Source: an uncultured delta proteobacterium (GTDB taxonomy: Bacteria > Desulfobacterota > WTBG01). Taken from it: 64,000 bases of DNA. This document shows positions 30,291 through 41,389 of this stretch, piece by piece. The stretch covers positions 186,742-250,741 of the forward strand of contig CAWCBP010000006.1 in assembly GCA_963793865.1 (NCBI GenBank). The letters run 5' to 3'. Numbering within the stretch: the first letter of the stretch is position 1; each line of letters opens with the position of its first letter. The notes under the pieces are model-generated. The model was not told the origin of the DNA, made no database searches, and saw nothing but the letters and a program-made list of their open reading frames with translations. Position numbers and translations under genes: made by a program.

Positions 30291-31367
30291 ATGAGATCAG
30301 ACGGTTACGCAATTATCATGGCAGGCGGAAGAGGGGAGCGGTTCTGGCCTGTGAGCAGCGATCTGGTGCCCAAGCCCTTTGTTTCGCTCCTCGGGGACAA
30401 GACCATGATCCAGGAAACGGTTGAGCGGATCGCGGCGGTCATTCCTCCCCGGAACGTGCTGCTGGTGCTGTCGGCGCATCATCTGCCCGTGGCGCGTGAG
30501 CAGCTGCCGGGCATCCCGGCAGAAAATTTTATCGTGGAACCGATGGGAAGGGATACGGCAGCCTGCATCGGCCTTGCCTCGCTGCACGTGGAGAAACGGG
30601 GCGGCGATGCCCCGGTGGTCATCCTTCCCGCGGATCACCGCATCCCCGGGGAAAAGGCCTTTGCGGAAAGTATAGCGGCGGCCCTTGCGTTTCTCACATT
30701 GCGTGAAGACAGCATCATTACCCTCGGCATCAGGCCGACCCGGCCCGAGACAGGATACGGCTACCTTGAAGCAGGTGAAAAGCTGGCGCAGTTGCAAAAC
30801 GTCAGCATGTACAGGGTGACCCGCTTTGTGGAAAAACCCGACCTCCCGGCGGCGGAACATTTTCTCCTTTCGGACCGGCATTATTGGAACAGCGGCATGT
30901 TTATAGCAGGGAATGCAACCCTGCAGCGAAACCTTGGGGCGCATATGCCTGAGCTCTGGCGGGGCATGGAGCGCATCAGGGCTGCGCTGGGCACCGGGGA
31001 AGAACATGCAGTGGCACAAAGGGAATTTTTTAATTTTAAGAAGGTTTCCATCGATTACGGGGTGCTGGAGAAATCGAAGCAGGTGTCGGTGATCCCGGCG
31101 CACTTCGAGTGGGATGACCTGGGCACCTGGAATGCCCTGGCCCGCGTGTGCGCTCCCGATGCCTCCGGCAACGTGGCGGTCGGCAGGCGGGTTGTGCAGG
31201 ATACCGGCGGCTGTATTATTTATAATACCCAGGATCAGTTGATCGCCACCCTGGGCGTGAGGGATTTAGTCATCGTCCAGGCGAGAGGGAAGGTCCTCGT
31301 CTGCCATAAGGACAAGGCGCCCCTCTTGAAAGAGCTTATGCCCATGCTCGGCGAAGACGAGCGGTGA
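30291..31367 (+). CDS. Mannose-1-phosphate guanylyltransferase
   Basis: IMAGGRGERFWP, EPMGRDTA, PADH, ETGYGY, FVEKP, WNSGMF, SIDYG, WDDLGTW. Confidence 0.92.
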   Translation: MRSDGYAIIMAGGRGERFWPVSSDLVPKPFVSLLGDKTMIQETVERIAAVIPPRNVLLVLSAHHLPVAREQLPGIPAENFIVEPMGRDTAACIGLASLHVEKRGGDAPVVILPADHRIPGEKAFAESIAAALAFLTLREDSIITLGIRPTRPETGYGYLEAGEKLAQLQNVSMYRVTRFVEKPDLPAAEHFLLSDRHYWNSGMFIAGNATLQRNLGAHMPELWRGMERIRAALGTGEEHAVAQREFFNFKKVSIDYGVLEKSKQVSVIPAHFEWDDLGTWNALARVCAPDASGNVAVGRRVVQDTGGCIIYNTQDQLIATLGVRDLVIVQARGKVLVCHKDKAPLLKELMPMLGEDER

Positions 31368-31420
31368 ATGGACCGGAGGGCAGGGCGGCCCGGGGCGACA
31401 AAAATAGTTGATATCTTCTG

Positions 31421-31449
31421 TTGACATATCTTACATTCGTGATTAGTAT
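31421..31449 (+). promoter_or_regulatory. Putative sigma70 promoter for dnaK
   Basis: TTGACA-17 nt-TAGTAT. Confidence 0.6.
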
Positions 31450-31541
31450 TTACGAAATTTTAAGTTATGGACAGTCGAAACGTGGCAACAGATGATATAT
31501 TTTAATAATTTGAAGAGGTAGACGAAGGAGGTCTTACGAGT

Positions 31542-33461
31542 ATGGCAAAAGCGATCGGGATTGATTTGGGAACAACCAACTCCGTTGTGGCGGTTATGGA
31601 AGGCGGAGAGCCGAAGGTTATAATAAACGAGGAAGGAAGCCGATTAACCCCGTCGGTGGTGGCGTTTACCAAGGATGGGGAAATCCTGGTGGGACAGGTG
31701 GCCAAAAGGCAGGCGGTGACCAACCCCGAAAATACTGTTTTTTCCATCAAGCGTTTTATGGGAAGAAAGTATGACGAGGTTAACGAAGAGATGAAAATGG
31801 TTCCCTATAAGGTCGTGCGTTCGGACAACGGTGATGCCCGCGTCGACATCATGGGAAAACAGTATTCACCGCCGGAAATCTCCGCCAAGATACTGCAGAA
31901 GCTTAAAAAATCGGCGGAGGCCTATCTGGGAACCGAGGTCAAGGACGCGGTGGTTACCGTGCCCGCGTATTTTAATGACAGCCAGAGACAGGCCACCAAG
32001 GATGCGGGGACCATTGCCGGTCTCAATGTTTTGCGGATCATCAACGAGCCTACCGCCTCGGCCCTTGCCTACGGGCTGGATAAGAAGAAGGATGAGCGCA
32101 TCGCCGTGTATGATTTCGGCGGCGGCACCTTCGATATATCCATTCTCGAGGTGGGCGACAATGTGGTGGAGGTCAAGTCGACCAACGGGGATACCCATCT
32201 GGGCGGCGACAACATGGACCAGCGGATTATCGACTGGCTGGTGGCGGAGTTTAAGAAGGACCAGGGCATTGACCTGAGCAAGGACAGGATGGCTTTGCAG
32301 CGGCTGAAGGAGGCCGCGGAAAAGGCGAAAATAGAGCTTTCCAGCACCCTGGAGACGGATATCAACCTTCCCTTCGTCACCGCCGACGCATCCGGCCCCA
32401 AGCACCTCAATGTGAAGCTCAGCCGGGCGAAGTTTGAGCAGATGGTGGAGGACATCATTGAAGCGTCCCGCCGCCCTTGCGACATCGCCCTCAAGGATTC
32501 CAAGCTGCAGAAGTCCGAAATCAACGAGGTGGTTCTGGTGGGCGGGTCGACGCGGGTGCCCAAGGTGCAGGACCTGACCCGACGGCTGTTTGAGAAGGAG
32601 CCGCACAAGGGCGTCAATCCCGATGAGGTGGTGGCGCTGGGGGCGGCTGTGCAGGCGGGTGTGCTTGCGGGCGAAGTAAAGGACGTGCTGCTGCTGGACG
32701 TGACCCCGCTGACCCTGGGCATCGAGACCCTGGGGGGCGTGCGCACAAGGCTGATTGAAAAGAACACCACCATTCCCACCCGGAAGAGCGAGATTTTCAC
32801 CACCGCGGCGGACGGGCAGACGAGCGTTGAAATCCACGTCCTGCAGGGCGAGCGTGAAATGGCCCGGGACAACCGGACGCTGGGAAAATTCCAGCTGATC
32901 GGCATTCCTGCGGCCCCGCGCGGCATCCCCCAGGTGGAGGTGACCTTTGACATCGACGCCAACGGCATCGTCAATGTTTCCGCAAAAGACCTGGGGACGG
33001 GCAAGGAACAGAAAATTACCATAACCGCCTCCAGCGGACTATCCGACGATGAAATCAAGAACATGGTCAAGGATGCCGAGCTGCATGCTGAAGAAGACAG
33101 GAAGAAAAAGGAGGAAGTTGAGGTACGCAATCAGGCCGACAATCTGATGTATCAAACCGAAAAGGTACTCAAGGAGAACAGGGAGAAGCTCTCGGAGAGC
33201 GACATCAGGGCGGTCGAGGATGCCCTTAAGGATACCAAAGCGGCCGTGGAAAGCGGGAACAGCTCCGCCATAAAGGAAAAAATGGAGATACTCACCAAGG
33301 CGTCTCACCACATGGCGGAGGCAATGTACAAGGCCCAGTCGCAGCAGCAGGGGGCGGGCGCGCAACCTCCTCCGGGCGGCGGCGAGCCGGGCGCCGGCAG
33401 TGACAGCAGCCGGCGCGATGACGACGTTGTGGACGCGGAATTTGAAGATACGGGCAAGTAG
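31542..33461 (+). CDS. dnaK: Molecular chaperone DnaK
   Basis: [26 protein letters not shown]-terminal VVDAEFE. Confidence 0.98.
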   Translation: MAKAIGIDLGTTNSVVAVMEGGEPKVIINEEGSRLTPSVVAFTKDGEILVGQVAKRQAVTNPENTVFSIKRFMGRKYDEVNEEMKMVPYKVVRSDNGDARVDIMGKQYSPPEISAKILQKLKKSAEAYLGTEVKDAVVTVPAYFNDSQRQATKDAGTIAGLNVLRIINEPTASALAYGLDKKKDERIAVYDFGGGTFDISILEVGDNVVEVKSTNGDTHLGGDNMDQRIIDWLVAEFKKDQGIDLSKDRMALQRLKEAAEKAKIELSSTLETDINLPFVTADASGPKHLNVKLSRAKFEQMVEDIIEASRRPCDIALKDSKLQKSEINEVVLVGGSTRVPKVQDLTRRLFEKEPHKGVNPDEVVALGAAVQAGVLAGEVKDVLLLDVTPLTLGIETLGGVRTRLIEKNTTIPTRKSEIFTTAADGQTSVEIHVLQGEREMARDNRTLGKFQLIGIPAAPRGIPQVEVTFDIDANGIVNVSAKDLGTGKEQKITITASSGLSDDEIKNMVKDAELHAEEDRKKKEEVEVRNQADNLMYQTEKVLKENREKLSESDIRAVEDALKDTKAAVESGNSSAIKEKMEILTKASHHMAEAMYKAQSQQQGAGAQPPPGGGEPGAGSDSSRRDDDVVDAEFEDTGK

Positions 33462-33569
33462 CGTCGCGGCAGGTCACATTTCAGAAACGCCCGGAAGCCC
33501 GACCTTCCCTGCCTGAAGGTAGGGGGGTGCGGATCCGGGTGTTCTTCACCTAGAGTGGTCCGGAGTTTG

Positions 33570-34166
33570 ATGTTAAGTTCAACGGTTAAACATCGTCTGG
33601 AACAGCCCTTATCGAGGCTGATCAGATTTTTTTTCAGAAATACCAGCCTTAATCCCACCTATTTTACCCTTCTCGGTTTGTGCGTTAATATCCTGGCAGC
33701 CGCCGCGTTTGTCGGCGGCAGGTGGGTGCTGGCCGGCGTGCTGGTGCTCTCGGCCGGATTGTGCGACATGCTGGACGGCGCGGTTGCCCGCACCTTTAAC
33801 CGGGTGACGCGTTTCGGCGGGTTTCTGGATTCGGTCATCGACCGCTACTCGGACCTGGCGCTGCTGATCGGGCTGATTATTTATTACGCGGCCCACCAGA
33901 ACATGCAGCTTCTGCTCTTGACCGCGGTTGTTTCCATAGGAACTATTTTAGTGCCTTACGCCCGGGCCCGGGCAGAGAATTTTATTCCGCGCTGTGACGT
34001 TGGGATCATGGAACGTGCGGAGCGGATCATTTTATTGGCGCTAGGAGCCATTTTCCAGGATCTCCTGCATCTGATGCCCATAGTGTTATGGGTTTTGGCA
34101 ATATTTACCCACCTCACCGTTTTTCACCGCATCTACTATACCTGGAAGGAAGCACAAAAGCTGTAG
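33570..34166 (+). CDS. CDP-alcohol phosphatidyltransferase family protein
   Basis: DMLDGAVAR...GGFLDSVIDRYSD signature; YARARAE, ERAER. Confidence 0.9.
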   Translation: MLSSTVKHRLEQPLSRLIRFFFRNTSLNPTYFTLLGLCVNILAAAAFVGGRWVLAGVLVLSAGLCDMLDGAVARTFNRVTRFGGFLDSVIDRYSDLALLIGLIIYYAAHQNMQLLLLTAVVSIGTILVPYARARAENFIPRCDVGIMERAERIILLALGAIFQDLLHLMPIVLWVLAIFTHLTVFHRIYYTWKEAQKL

Positions 34167-34436
34167 CGCCGCCGGGGAAGGTGCGAATTGCGGGTGGCGG
34201 AATCCCGCGGCTGTGAACGGCGCTCCCGGCGGGAAAAGATTCTCAAGTTTTGGCCCGCGGCGTTCGATTATGAGATGAGAGCCGGTGGAGTTTTGCATAA
34301 CCGATTTGAAAAACACGCCAGTATCTGTTATGATTAGGAAAACCTGCAGCGCACGTTTTTGTGCCGCAGAACCGGGGCGGGCGGCGAACGTCATCGGTAT
34401 TATTCAACGCTTCATATTTGTACACAGGGTGCTTCG

Positions 34437-36709
34437 GTGATTGATTTAGGTAATTACAAGGATTACTTTTCGGAAAAGGTCGGGCAGATATTGACCGCTG
34501 CCATCGAGGAGTCTAAAAAGAGGCAGCACGGGCACCTGGGCGTCGAGCATCTCTTTCTGGCCTTCAGCCGTGTCGAGGAGCCGCTCTTCCAGGAGATCCT
34601 CTTCGATCTCGCCCTGGAGCCCGGCACGGTCATACGGCAGCTGGAGCATTATCTTGCCTCCTCGGTTGAGTACCTGGGCGTGGGCGTGCATGTTACCGCG
34701 GCCACCAAGAATATTCTGCGCCTGGCGTGGAAGGAGGCGCAGCATTTCGGAAGAAAGCTGATCGATTCAAGCGACCTGTTCATCGCCTTTTTCCAGGACC
34801 CGGAGACCGTGCCCGCCCGTATTTTCAGCGAGCTGGGCGTGGACAGCACGCGGGTGATACAGACGGTCACCGTCAAGGCGCGCCTCCTGGCGGAGGAGAA
34901 GGAAAAATACAAGAAGAAGTTCGAGCTTCCCACCCACCTGAAATATTTCGGCGTCAATTTGAACAAGCTCGCCCGCTGGGGCAAGCTGCCCGCGTTTATC
35001 GGCAGGGAAAAGGAAATCAACCAGATGATTGAAATACTCTGCCACCGCCACACCTCCAACTCGGTGATGATCATCGGCGAGCCGGGCGTGGGCAAGACGG
35101 CGCTGGTTGAAGGCCTGGCGAAAAAGCTGGAGCTGGAGCCGGAAACGGTTCCCGCACGGCTGCGGAACCACCAGATCGTGAACCTGCAGATGAACTCCAT
35201 CGTTGCCGGCACCATGTTCCGGGGCATGTTCGAAGACCGGATTGAAAAAATCATCAATGAGCTCAAGGAGGCCAGGAATCTCATCCTCTTTGTTGACGAG
35301 GCCCACACCATCATCGGGGCGGGGTCGGCCCTGGGGGTCAATGCGGACGCGGCCAACATTTTTAAGTCCACCCTGGCCCGGGGCGAGGTTCAGATCATCG
35401 GCGCGACGACGGCGGCCGAGTTTAAGATTTACATCCAGGAGGATGAGGCTTTGGCGCGGCGCTTCAGGGTCATCGATCTCAAGGAATCATCGCTTGACGA
35501 CACCCGGGAGATCCTGCAGGGGGTGCGCGGCCGCCTGGAGCGGAATTACAGCGTGCGCATATCCGATGAGGCCCTGGAAACGGCGCTCGAGCTCTCCCCC
35601 GGTACATGCATTCATTGCGGCTGCCGGACAAGCCCATCACCTGGCTCGACACCTCCTGCGTCAAGGTGGAGATCAACCGCCCCAGTGACTGCGTGCGGCC
35701 CGGGGATGTCATCGAGGTTGTCTCCCAGACGGCGCGGGTGCCGCTGGACATGGTATACCGGGACACCACCGAGCGCTTCAGCTCCATGGAGGATGCCCTG
35801 GCAAGCCGGGTGGTGGGACAGAAAGAGGCCATCAACTCCCTGTCAAAATATCTCCGCCTGAACAAGGGACCGCTCAAGGAGAAGCCGGAGCGGCCCGACG
35901 GGGTGCTGCTCTTCCTGGGGCCGACCGGGGTGGGAAAGACCGAGCTGGCCAAGGCCCTGGCCGAGTTTCTCTTCGGCGACGAGAAAAAGATGATCCGGCT
36001 GGACATGTCCGAGTACAAGGACTCCACGGTCGCCGTGGACAAGCTCATCGGCATGCCGCGCGGAATCGTGGGATCGGAGCGGGGGGGCGTGCTGACCAAC
36101 CAGATCAGGGACAATCCCTATACGATTGTGCTGCTCGATGAGGTTGAGAAGGCCAACCCCTATGTCCTGAACCTCTTCCTGCAGGTCTTCGATGAAGGGT
36201 GGCTGACCGACGGCAGGGGCAAGCGGGTTTATTTCAGCGACGCGGTGATCATCATGACCTCGAATCTCGGGTCCGATGAGTTTAAAAATCTGACCAAGCC
36301 CATGGGCTTTCTGACCGACAGCCAGGCGGTTCTCACCGTCAAGCGCGCGGTGATGAAAGAGGTTGAAAACACCTTTTCACCTGAATTTCTGAACCGCATT
36401 GATGACATCATTGTCTTCTCGCCCCTGACCAGGGACGAGGTCAAAGCCATCGCCGGAATGTACCTGGAGCGGATCAATGCTCAAATGAGGGCCAAGGGGA
36501 AATCGGTGACGGTTACCGAGGAGGCCCTCGACCACCTGGTTGATTGCGGGTACAGCTCGAAATACGGGGCGCGATTTCTCAAGCGCACCATAGACGATAA
36601 AGTGAAAATAGAACTTACCCTCAAGTGGAAGCAGGGGAATGAGTTCCTGGTGGACATGCGGGACGGCATCCTCTGGGTGGAGAGCATGGAAGGAATGGCC
36701 CTGGTGTGA
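34437..36709 (+). CDS. ClpA/ClpC-type ATP-dependent Clp protease ATPase (frameshift near 35600)
   Basis: Clp N-repeats, GEPGVGKT, FVDEAH, ALARRF; second AAA domain GPTGVGKT, LLDEVEKA, PEFLNRID. Confidence 0.92.
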
Positions 36710-36733
36710 GGGCCTGGACGGGGAGCAGCGATC

Positions 36734-37153
36734 ATGGCCGAAGAAAAAGAAGAAAAGGGATTTGTGATCAAGGATAAGCGGATGTTTACCGCGGAGGGCG
36801 AGGTAAACAGGGAAAAGGAATCCGCCCCGGTGGATGCAAAGGAGGCCGGTGAGGCGGGGGGCGGGAAATCAGCGGAGGAGCGGAAGGGAAAAACCGTTCC
36901 CCTGCCTGAGGTTGACTTTGCCTCCTTTGTGTTGACCCTGAGCAGCTCCGCCCTGTTTCATTTCGGCGAATTTCCCGACCCGGTGAGCGGAAAGCGCGAG
37001 CGGAACCTGGAGATGGCAAAGCAGACCATTGACATTCTCGGCGTTTTAAGGGACAAGACCCGGGGAAATCTGAGCAATGATGAAGCGCAGCTCATGGAGA
37101 GCCTGCTGCACGACCTGCGCATCAAGTATGTGGAGGAGTGCAAGAAGGGATAG
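36734..37153 (+). CDS. DUF1844-like protein
   Basis: GFVIKDKR, LPEVDF..F, AKQTIDIL..L..KT.GNL. Confidence 0.75.
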   Translation: MAEEKEEKGFVIKDKRMFTAEGEVNREKESAPVDAKEAGEAGGGKSAEERKGKTVPLPEVDFASFVLTLSSSALFHFGEFPDPVSGKRERNLEMAKQTIDILGVLRDKTRGNLSNDEAQLMESLLHDLRIKYVEECKKG

Positions 37154-37190
37154 CCCTCAAGAGGGGAAATTTTTTAAGATGTCATACTTG

Positions 37191-37217
37191 AAGTACCCCG
37201 CAGGGGTACTTTTTTTT
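37191..37217 (+). terminator. Rho-independent terminator
   Basis: AAGTACCCC-gca-GGGGTACTT followed by a T run. Confidence 0.8.
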
Positions 37218-37226
37218 GCATTCGGA

Positions 37227-38669
37227 TCAGGAGCGTGCGAGATCAATGGTGCAGCGCTTGATCTTGTTGTATAAATTCGAGCGGCTTATTTTTAGAATGC
37301 GCGCTGCCTTGGAGCAGTTGTAGTTGCAGGCTTTGAGCGTATTGGCAATCATCTGCTTTTCGGCGGAAAGTTTGGCTTCCTTGGAAACCAGCTTCAGGGC
37401 GATCCCGCCCCCGGATCCGTCCGCACTGCCGGCAGAACCTTGTTCATGTGCCCTGAGCTCGACGGGCAGGTCCCGGGGGACGATGAGGGGATGGTCGGAA
37501 AGAAGGATGGAGCGCTCGATCACATTTTCCAGCTCACGGATGTTCCCGGGATAGGAGTAGTTCATGAACAGGGCCATGGCCTCGTCGGAAATCCGGTGCG
37601 GACCCTTTCCGGATTTGTCCGCCATTTTCTTAAGGAAGTGATCGATGAGCAGGGGGATGTCCTCCCTTCGTTCCCGGAGGGGAGGAAGCGTCAGGGGAAT
37701 GACGTACAGGCGGTAAAAAAGGTCCTTGCGAAAGGTGACTTTGCTGACCTGCTCCTGGAGATTTTTATTGGTGGCCGTGATCAGGCGGACGTCGATTTTT
37801 GTGGGCTGGGGGTCCCCCACCCGCATGATTTCATCCCGCTCCAGCGCCCGGAGCAATTTTACCTGTAGCTCCAGATCCAGCTCTCCGATCTCATCCAGGA
37901 AAAGCGTTCCCTCGTGCGCCTCTTCGAAGTAGCCCTTCCGGGTCCGGTGGGCGTTGGTAAAAGACCCTTTCACGTGGCCGAAAAACTCGCTTTCCAACAG
38001 CTCGCGCGGTATGGCCCCGCAGTTGACGGCCACGAAATTTTTGTCGCGCCGCGAGCTGTTGTAGTGTATCGCCCGCGCCAGCAGCTCCTTGCCGGTTCCG
38101 CTTTCCCCCTGGATGAAGATGTTGGATTTCTGGTCCACCACCTTTTTAATCATGTGTACCACCTGCTGCAGCTCACGGTTATTGCCGATGATGTTGCTGA
38201 AGTCATACTCCCTGCCGATCTCCCGCCGAAGCTGCTTGATCTCCTCCTCGCTCTCCTTGAGCTGCGATTCCAGGCTCTCACTTTTGTGCTTCAGATACAT
38301 TCGCTCCAGCGCCTTGTTGATGACAATCTCCAGGTGGGGAAAGTCAACCGGCTTCTGAATAAAGTCATACGCCCCCTGTTTCATTGCTTCCACGGCGGCT
38401 TCCACCGTTCCGAAGGCGGTGAGAATGATGACCGTGACCTCCCTGCCGCTCATGTTAATCTCGGCCAGCAGCTCCATGCCGCTCAGCCCGGGCATCTGCA
38501 GATCCAGTATGAGCAGGGAAGGGTTTTCATGGTGCACCAGCTCCAGGCATTCCGGACCGTCCCGGGCGGTCAGCACCTGGAACCCTTGAGCGGCCAGGCG
38601 GTCCTTGAGTATTTTGACAATGCTGGGATCATCATCCGCCACGGCTATTTTGAGCTTATGGCTGTTCAT
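37227..38669 (-). CDS. Sigma54-dependent response regulator (NtrC/AtoC family)
   Basis: REC domain, GESGTGKE, ESEFFGHVKGSFTNA, FLDEIGE, PGNIRELEN, Fis-type HTH. Confidence 0.95.
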   Translation of the reverse strand: MNSHKLKIAVADDDPSIVKILKDRLAAQGFQVLTARDGPECLELVHHENPSLLILDLQMPGLSGMELLAEINMSGREVTVIILTAFGTVEAAVEAMKQGAYDFIQKPVDFPHLEIVINKALERMYLKHKSESLESQLKESEEEIKQLRREIGREYDFSNIIGNNRELQQVVHMIKKVVDQKSNIFIQGESGTGKELLARAIHYNSSRRDKNFVAVNCGAIPRELLESEFFGHVKGSFTNAHRTRKGYFEEAHEGTLFLDEIGELDLELQVKLLRALERDEIMRVGDPQPTKIDVRLITATNKNLQEQVSKVTFRKDLFYRLYVIPLTLPPLRERREDIPLLIDHFLKKMADKSGKGPHRISDEAMALFMNYSYPGNIRELENVIERSILLSDHPLIVPRDLPVELRAHEQGSAGSADGSGGGIALKLVSKEAKLSAEKQMIANTLKACNYNCSKAARILKISRSNLYNKIKRCTIDLARS

Positions 38670-39048
38670 GGATCGCTCCGTCGGAAGATGTGGAAAATAT
38701 CCGTTCGACCGATTCCCTGATGCGCCGGGTGTCGAAGGGTTTGCAAATGTAGTCATCGGCGCCCTCGGCCAGGCAGCTGCCGGCCATCGCCTCGGGCGGC
38801 AGTGCCGTCAGTATGAGAACGGGAATCCGGTGTCCTCGGCGCCTGTTTTCTTCCAGCACGCGCATGCCGCTCAGCTTGGGCATTTTGAGATCCAGGAGCA
38901 GCAGATCCGGCTTGAAGCTCCCGACCTTTCGCAGGGTTTCCTCCCCGTCACAGGCGCTGTCCACCTCGTAGCCCCAATGGGTCAGGCGGTCTGTAAGAAT
39001 CCTGACCACCGCCTTCTCATCATCCGCCACCAGGATCCTCTTCTTCAT
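38656..39048 (-). CDS. Single-domain response regulator
   Basis: ILVADD, LLDLKMP, LTA, KP. Confidence 0.9.
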   Translation of the reverse strand: MKKRILVADDEKAVVRILTDRLTHWGYEVDSACDGEETLRKVGSFKPDLLLLDLKMPKLSGMRVLEENRRRGHRIPVLILTALPPEAMAGSCLAEGADDYICKPFDTRRIRESVERIFSTSSDGAIHEQP

Positions 39049-41267
39049 GAGACACCCCGCAGCGGCAGGGTGAAGGCGAATTCACTGCCCGTGCCTTCCC
39101 GGCTTTCCACGCGGATGGTGCCGCCGTGCATCTCAATTAAACTCTTGCTGATGGCAAGGCCCAGGCCGGCCCCTCTGCTCTTTTCAGCAAGCGGCCTCTG
39201 GATCTGGTAAAACCGGTCAAATATTTTTTCAATCTCGGCGGGGGAAATGCCCACCCCGGTGTCCCTGATCCGCGTGGTAACCGATCCGTTGCGGGTATCT
39301 TCGACAATGACATTAATTTCCCCCTGCTCGGTGAACTTGATGGCGTTGTTAATGAGGTTTACCAGCACCTGGTAAATCCGGTCCCTGTCGCCCGCCAGGG
39401 GTATTTCCGCCGCCGACCACGCCATATCGATTGAAAGTCCCTTATCGTAGGCGAGATCTTTCAGGCTGTACACCGCCTGCGCCACCAGGGATACATATTC
39501 CACCTCCGCTGGCAGCAGCGTGAGGCTGCGCGCCTCCAGCTTGTTCAGGTCAAGCAGGTCATCGATCAGCCTGACCAGGCGGTTTGATTCGGAGTTGATG
39601 ATGGTAAGGTATTCCCGCTGGGCATCGTTGAGATGGCCGGCGATGCCGTCGAGCAGGTTGTCAATTGACCCTTTTATGGAGGTGAGCGGGGTCCTCAGTT
39701 CATGGGATATGTTGGAAATAAAATCGTTCTTCATTTTTTCCAGCTTTTTTCTCTCGCGCACGTCCCGCACGCCGATGACCCCTCCGGCGACACCCCCTTT
39801 TTTATCCTTCAGCAGCGCGGCGTTGGCTTCAATGGGTATGTTCACGCCGTTTTTCCCCCGCCAGATGGACTCAATGCCGGTTACCCTCCCGTCCCTGAAA
39901 AGCTCGGTGACCATTTTGCTTCGCAGCTGCCGGTAGCTGTGTTCGGCGCGGTGCAGGCTCAGGTCGGATATGTGAATCCCTTTCAGTTCATCTTCGCTGT
40001 AGCCGGTCATCACTTCAATCGACTCATTGATGCGCTCTATGGTTCCGCGGGGATCGGTGGTAATAATCCCGTCCACGGTGGTGGAGATGATGTTTTCCAG
40101 GTACTCCTTTGCCTCGCGCAGCTCGAAGTACGCCCGTTCTATTTTCTTTTCAGCAAGCTTGCGTTCGGTGAGGTCCCGCACGATGACGATTCCTTCGGCG
40201 CGCTCTCCCTTTTTGTTGTGCACCCAGTACAGGCCGCATCCCACCGGCACAACGATTTCATCGCTTCTCTTGAGATAGGCCTCAAAATAAGCCTCGCCCT
40301 TGCTGAAGAGATCACCCATGCGCTCCAGCAGCTCCTTGATGTAGCTTCTGCCCCGTACCGACTCGCCGTAAAAGGTATAATAGTCTTTTCCCTCAAGCGG
40401 ATTCAATTCCGCCCAGTGCCGGTCCACCAGTTCGGAGGCGGAATGGCCCAGCAGCCGGGCAAAGGCCCGGTTGACGCGCTTGACGAAGCCGGAGGTGTCG
40501 GTTACCACAATGCCGTCAGTGGAAGACTCGATAATGCTCTCAATGTACATTCTGTTTTCCTGCAGGTCCTGCTTCAGCCGCTCGATGATCTCCAGTTTTT
40601 TTGACACGTCGAGAAGCTGCTCCAGCTTCTCCTTTTCCGCCTGTATCTGCTGTTCCAGCTTCCTGCGCCGGACAATGTCCTTGAGCAGAAATATGGCGCC
40701 CACCAGCTGGCCCTGGATGTTTTTTACATAGGTTGCCTTCACCTGAAAGGGAACCGGTTTTTTCCGCTTATCCAGGACGGTTGTTTCAATGGGGGAAAGA
40801 TTGAATTTTTTGCGATCATAGAAAAGGTACATGTGGTTGGTAAAGGCGTCAAAGTACTTGGTCACGCTTTCCAGCCTGTCGGCCAGGGGGAAAATGGACT
40901 TCAGGGAGATGTTTTTAAAGTCGGTTTTTTTGTAGCCGAGCAGCGTTTCCAGGTTGCCGTTTGTCTCCCGGATGCTGCCCGTCTTATCGACTATAAAAAC
41001 GCCATTGATGCATTCCCTGATGAGGGCATTAAAATTGCTTTTGCTGAGCACGATGGTCTTGTCGCCGGCACGCGCGGTATGGCTGTTGCGGCCCACCATA
41101 ATGGCGTCAGCCTTTTCCATGATGGTTTCCAGCTCTCCCTTTACCCCCTCCTCCTCCAGCGCGACTAATCGCTTGTGCTTGTTTTCCAGGTGCGTAAGCC
41201 TGCATTGAACCCGGTACAAGGCATCGCTGGTTTCTTCCGCCGCATTGAGCAGCTTTTTAGGCGCCAT
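39045..41267 (-). CDS. Multi-PAS sensor histidine kinase
   Basis: Three PAS/PAC-like segments; SHELRTPL H-box, NAIKF, DTG.G, GLGL, GSEF. Confidence 0.93.
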   Translation of the reverse strand: MAPKKLLNAAEETSDALYRVQCRLTHLENKHKRLVALEEEGVKGELETIMEKADAIMVGRNSHTARAGDKTIVLSKSNFNALIRECINGVFIVDKTGSIRETNGNLETLLGYKKTDFKNISLKSIFPLADRLESVTKYFDAFTNHMYLFYDRKKFNLSPIETTVLDKRKKPVPFQVKATYVKNIQGQLVGAIFLLKDIVRRRKLEQQIQAEKEKLEQLLDVSKKLEIIERLKQDLQENRMYIESIIESSTDGIVVTDTSGFVKRVNRAFARLLGHSASELVDRHWAELNPLEGKDYYTFYGESVRGRSYIKELLERMGDLFSKGEAYFEAYLKRSDEIVVPVGCGLYWVHNKKGERAEGIVIVRDLTERKLAEKKIERAYFELREAKEYLENIISTTVDGIITTDPRGTIERINESIEVMTGYSEDELKGIHISDLSLHRAEHSYRQLRSKMVTELFRDGRVTGIESIWRGKNGVNIPIEANAALLKDKKGGVAGGVIGVRDVRERKKLEKMKNDFISNISHELRTPLTSIKGSIDNLLDGIAGHLNDAQREYLTIINSESNRLVRLIDDLLDLNKLEARSLTLLPAEVEYVSLVAQAVYSLKDLAYDKGLSIDMAWSAAEIPLAGDRDRIYQVLVNLINNAIKFTEQGEINVIVEDTRNGSVTTRIRDTGVGISPAEIEKIFDRFYQIQRPLAEKSRGAGLGLAISKSLIEMHGGTIRVESREGTGSEFAFTLPLRGVS

Positions 41268-41340
41268 GACACAACCCCCTCCTGATGGATGGCTGTTCGA
41301 CTGTTCCCCCGTTGTTTAACACGAAAATGATGTTTCTTTC

Positions 41341-41368
41341 GTAGGGGCGATCGGCCGGTCGCCCCTAC
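41341..41368. repeat. Isolated GTAG-type REP palindrome
   Basis: GTAGGGGCGATCGGCCGGTCGCCCCTAC, near-identical to 20333-20359. Confidence 0.8.
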
Positions 41369-41389
41369 ATCTGAATTCAATGGCATTTC

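Noticed and set aside
31380..31541. CIRCE operator upstream of dnaK
   Set aside because: No TTAGCACTC-N9-GAGTGCTAA; only a sigma70-like promoter is visible.
31866..33130. Long antisense ORFs over dnaK (and over fdh, clp and the sigma54 regulator)
   Set aside because: Shadow ORFs expected from GC-rich codon bias on the strand opposite well-supported genes.
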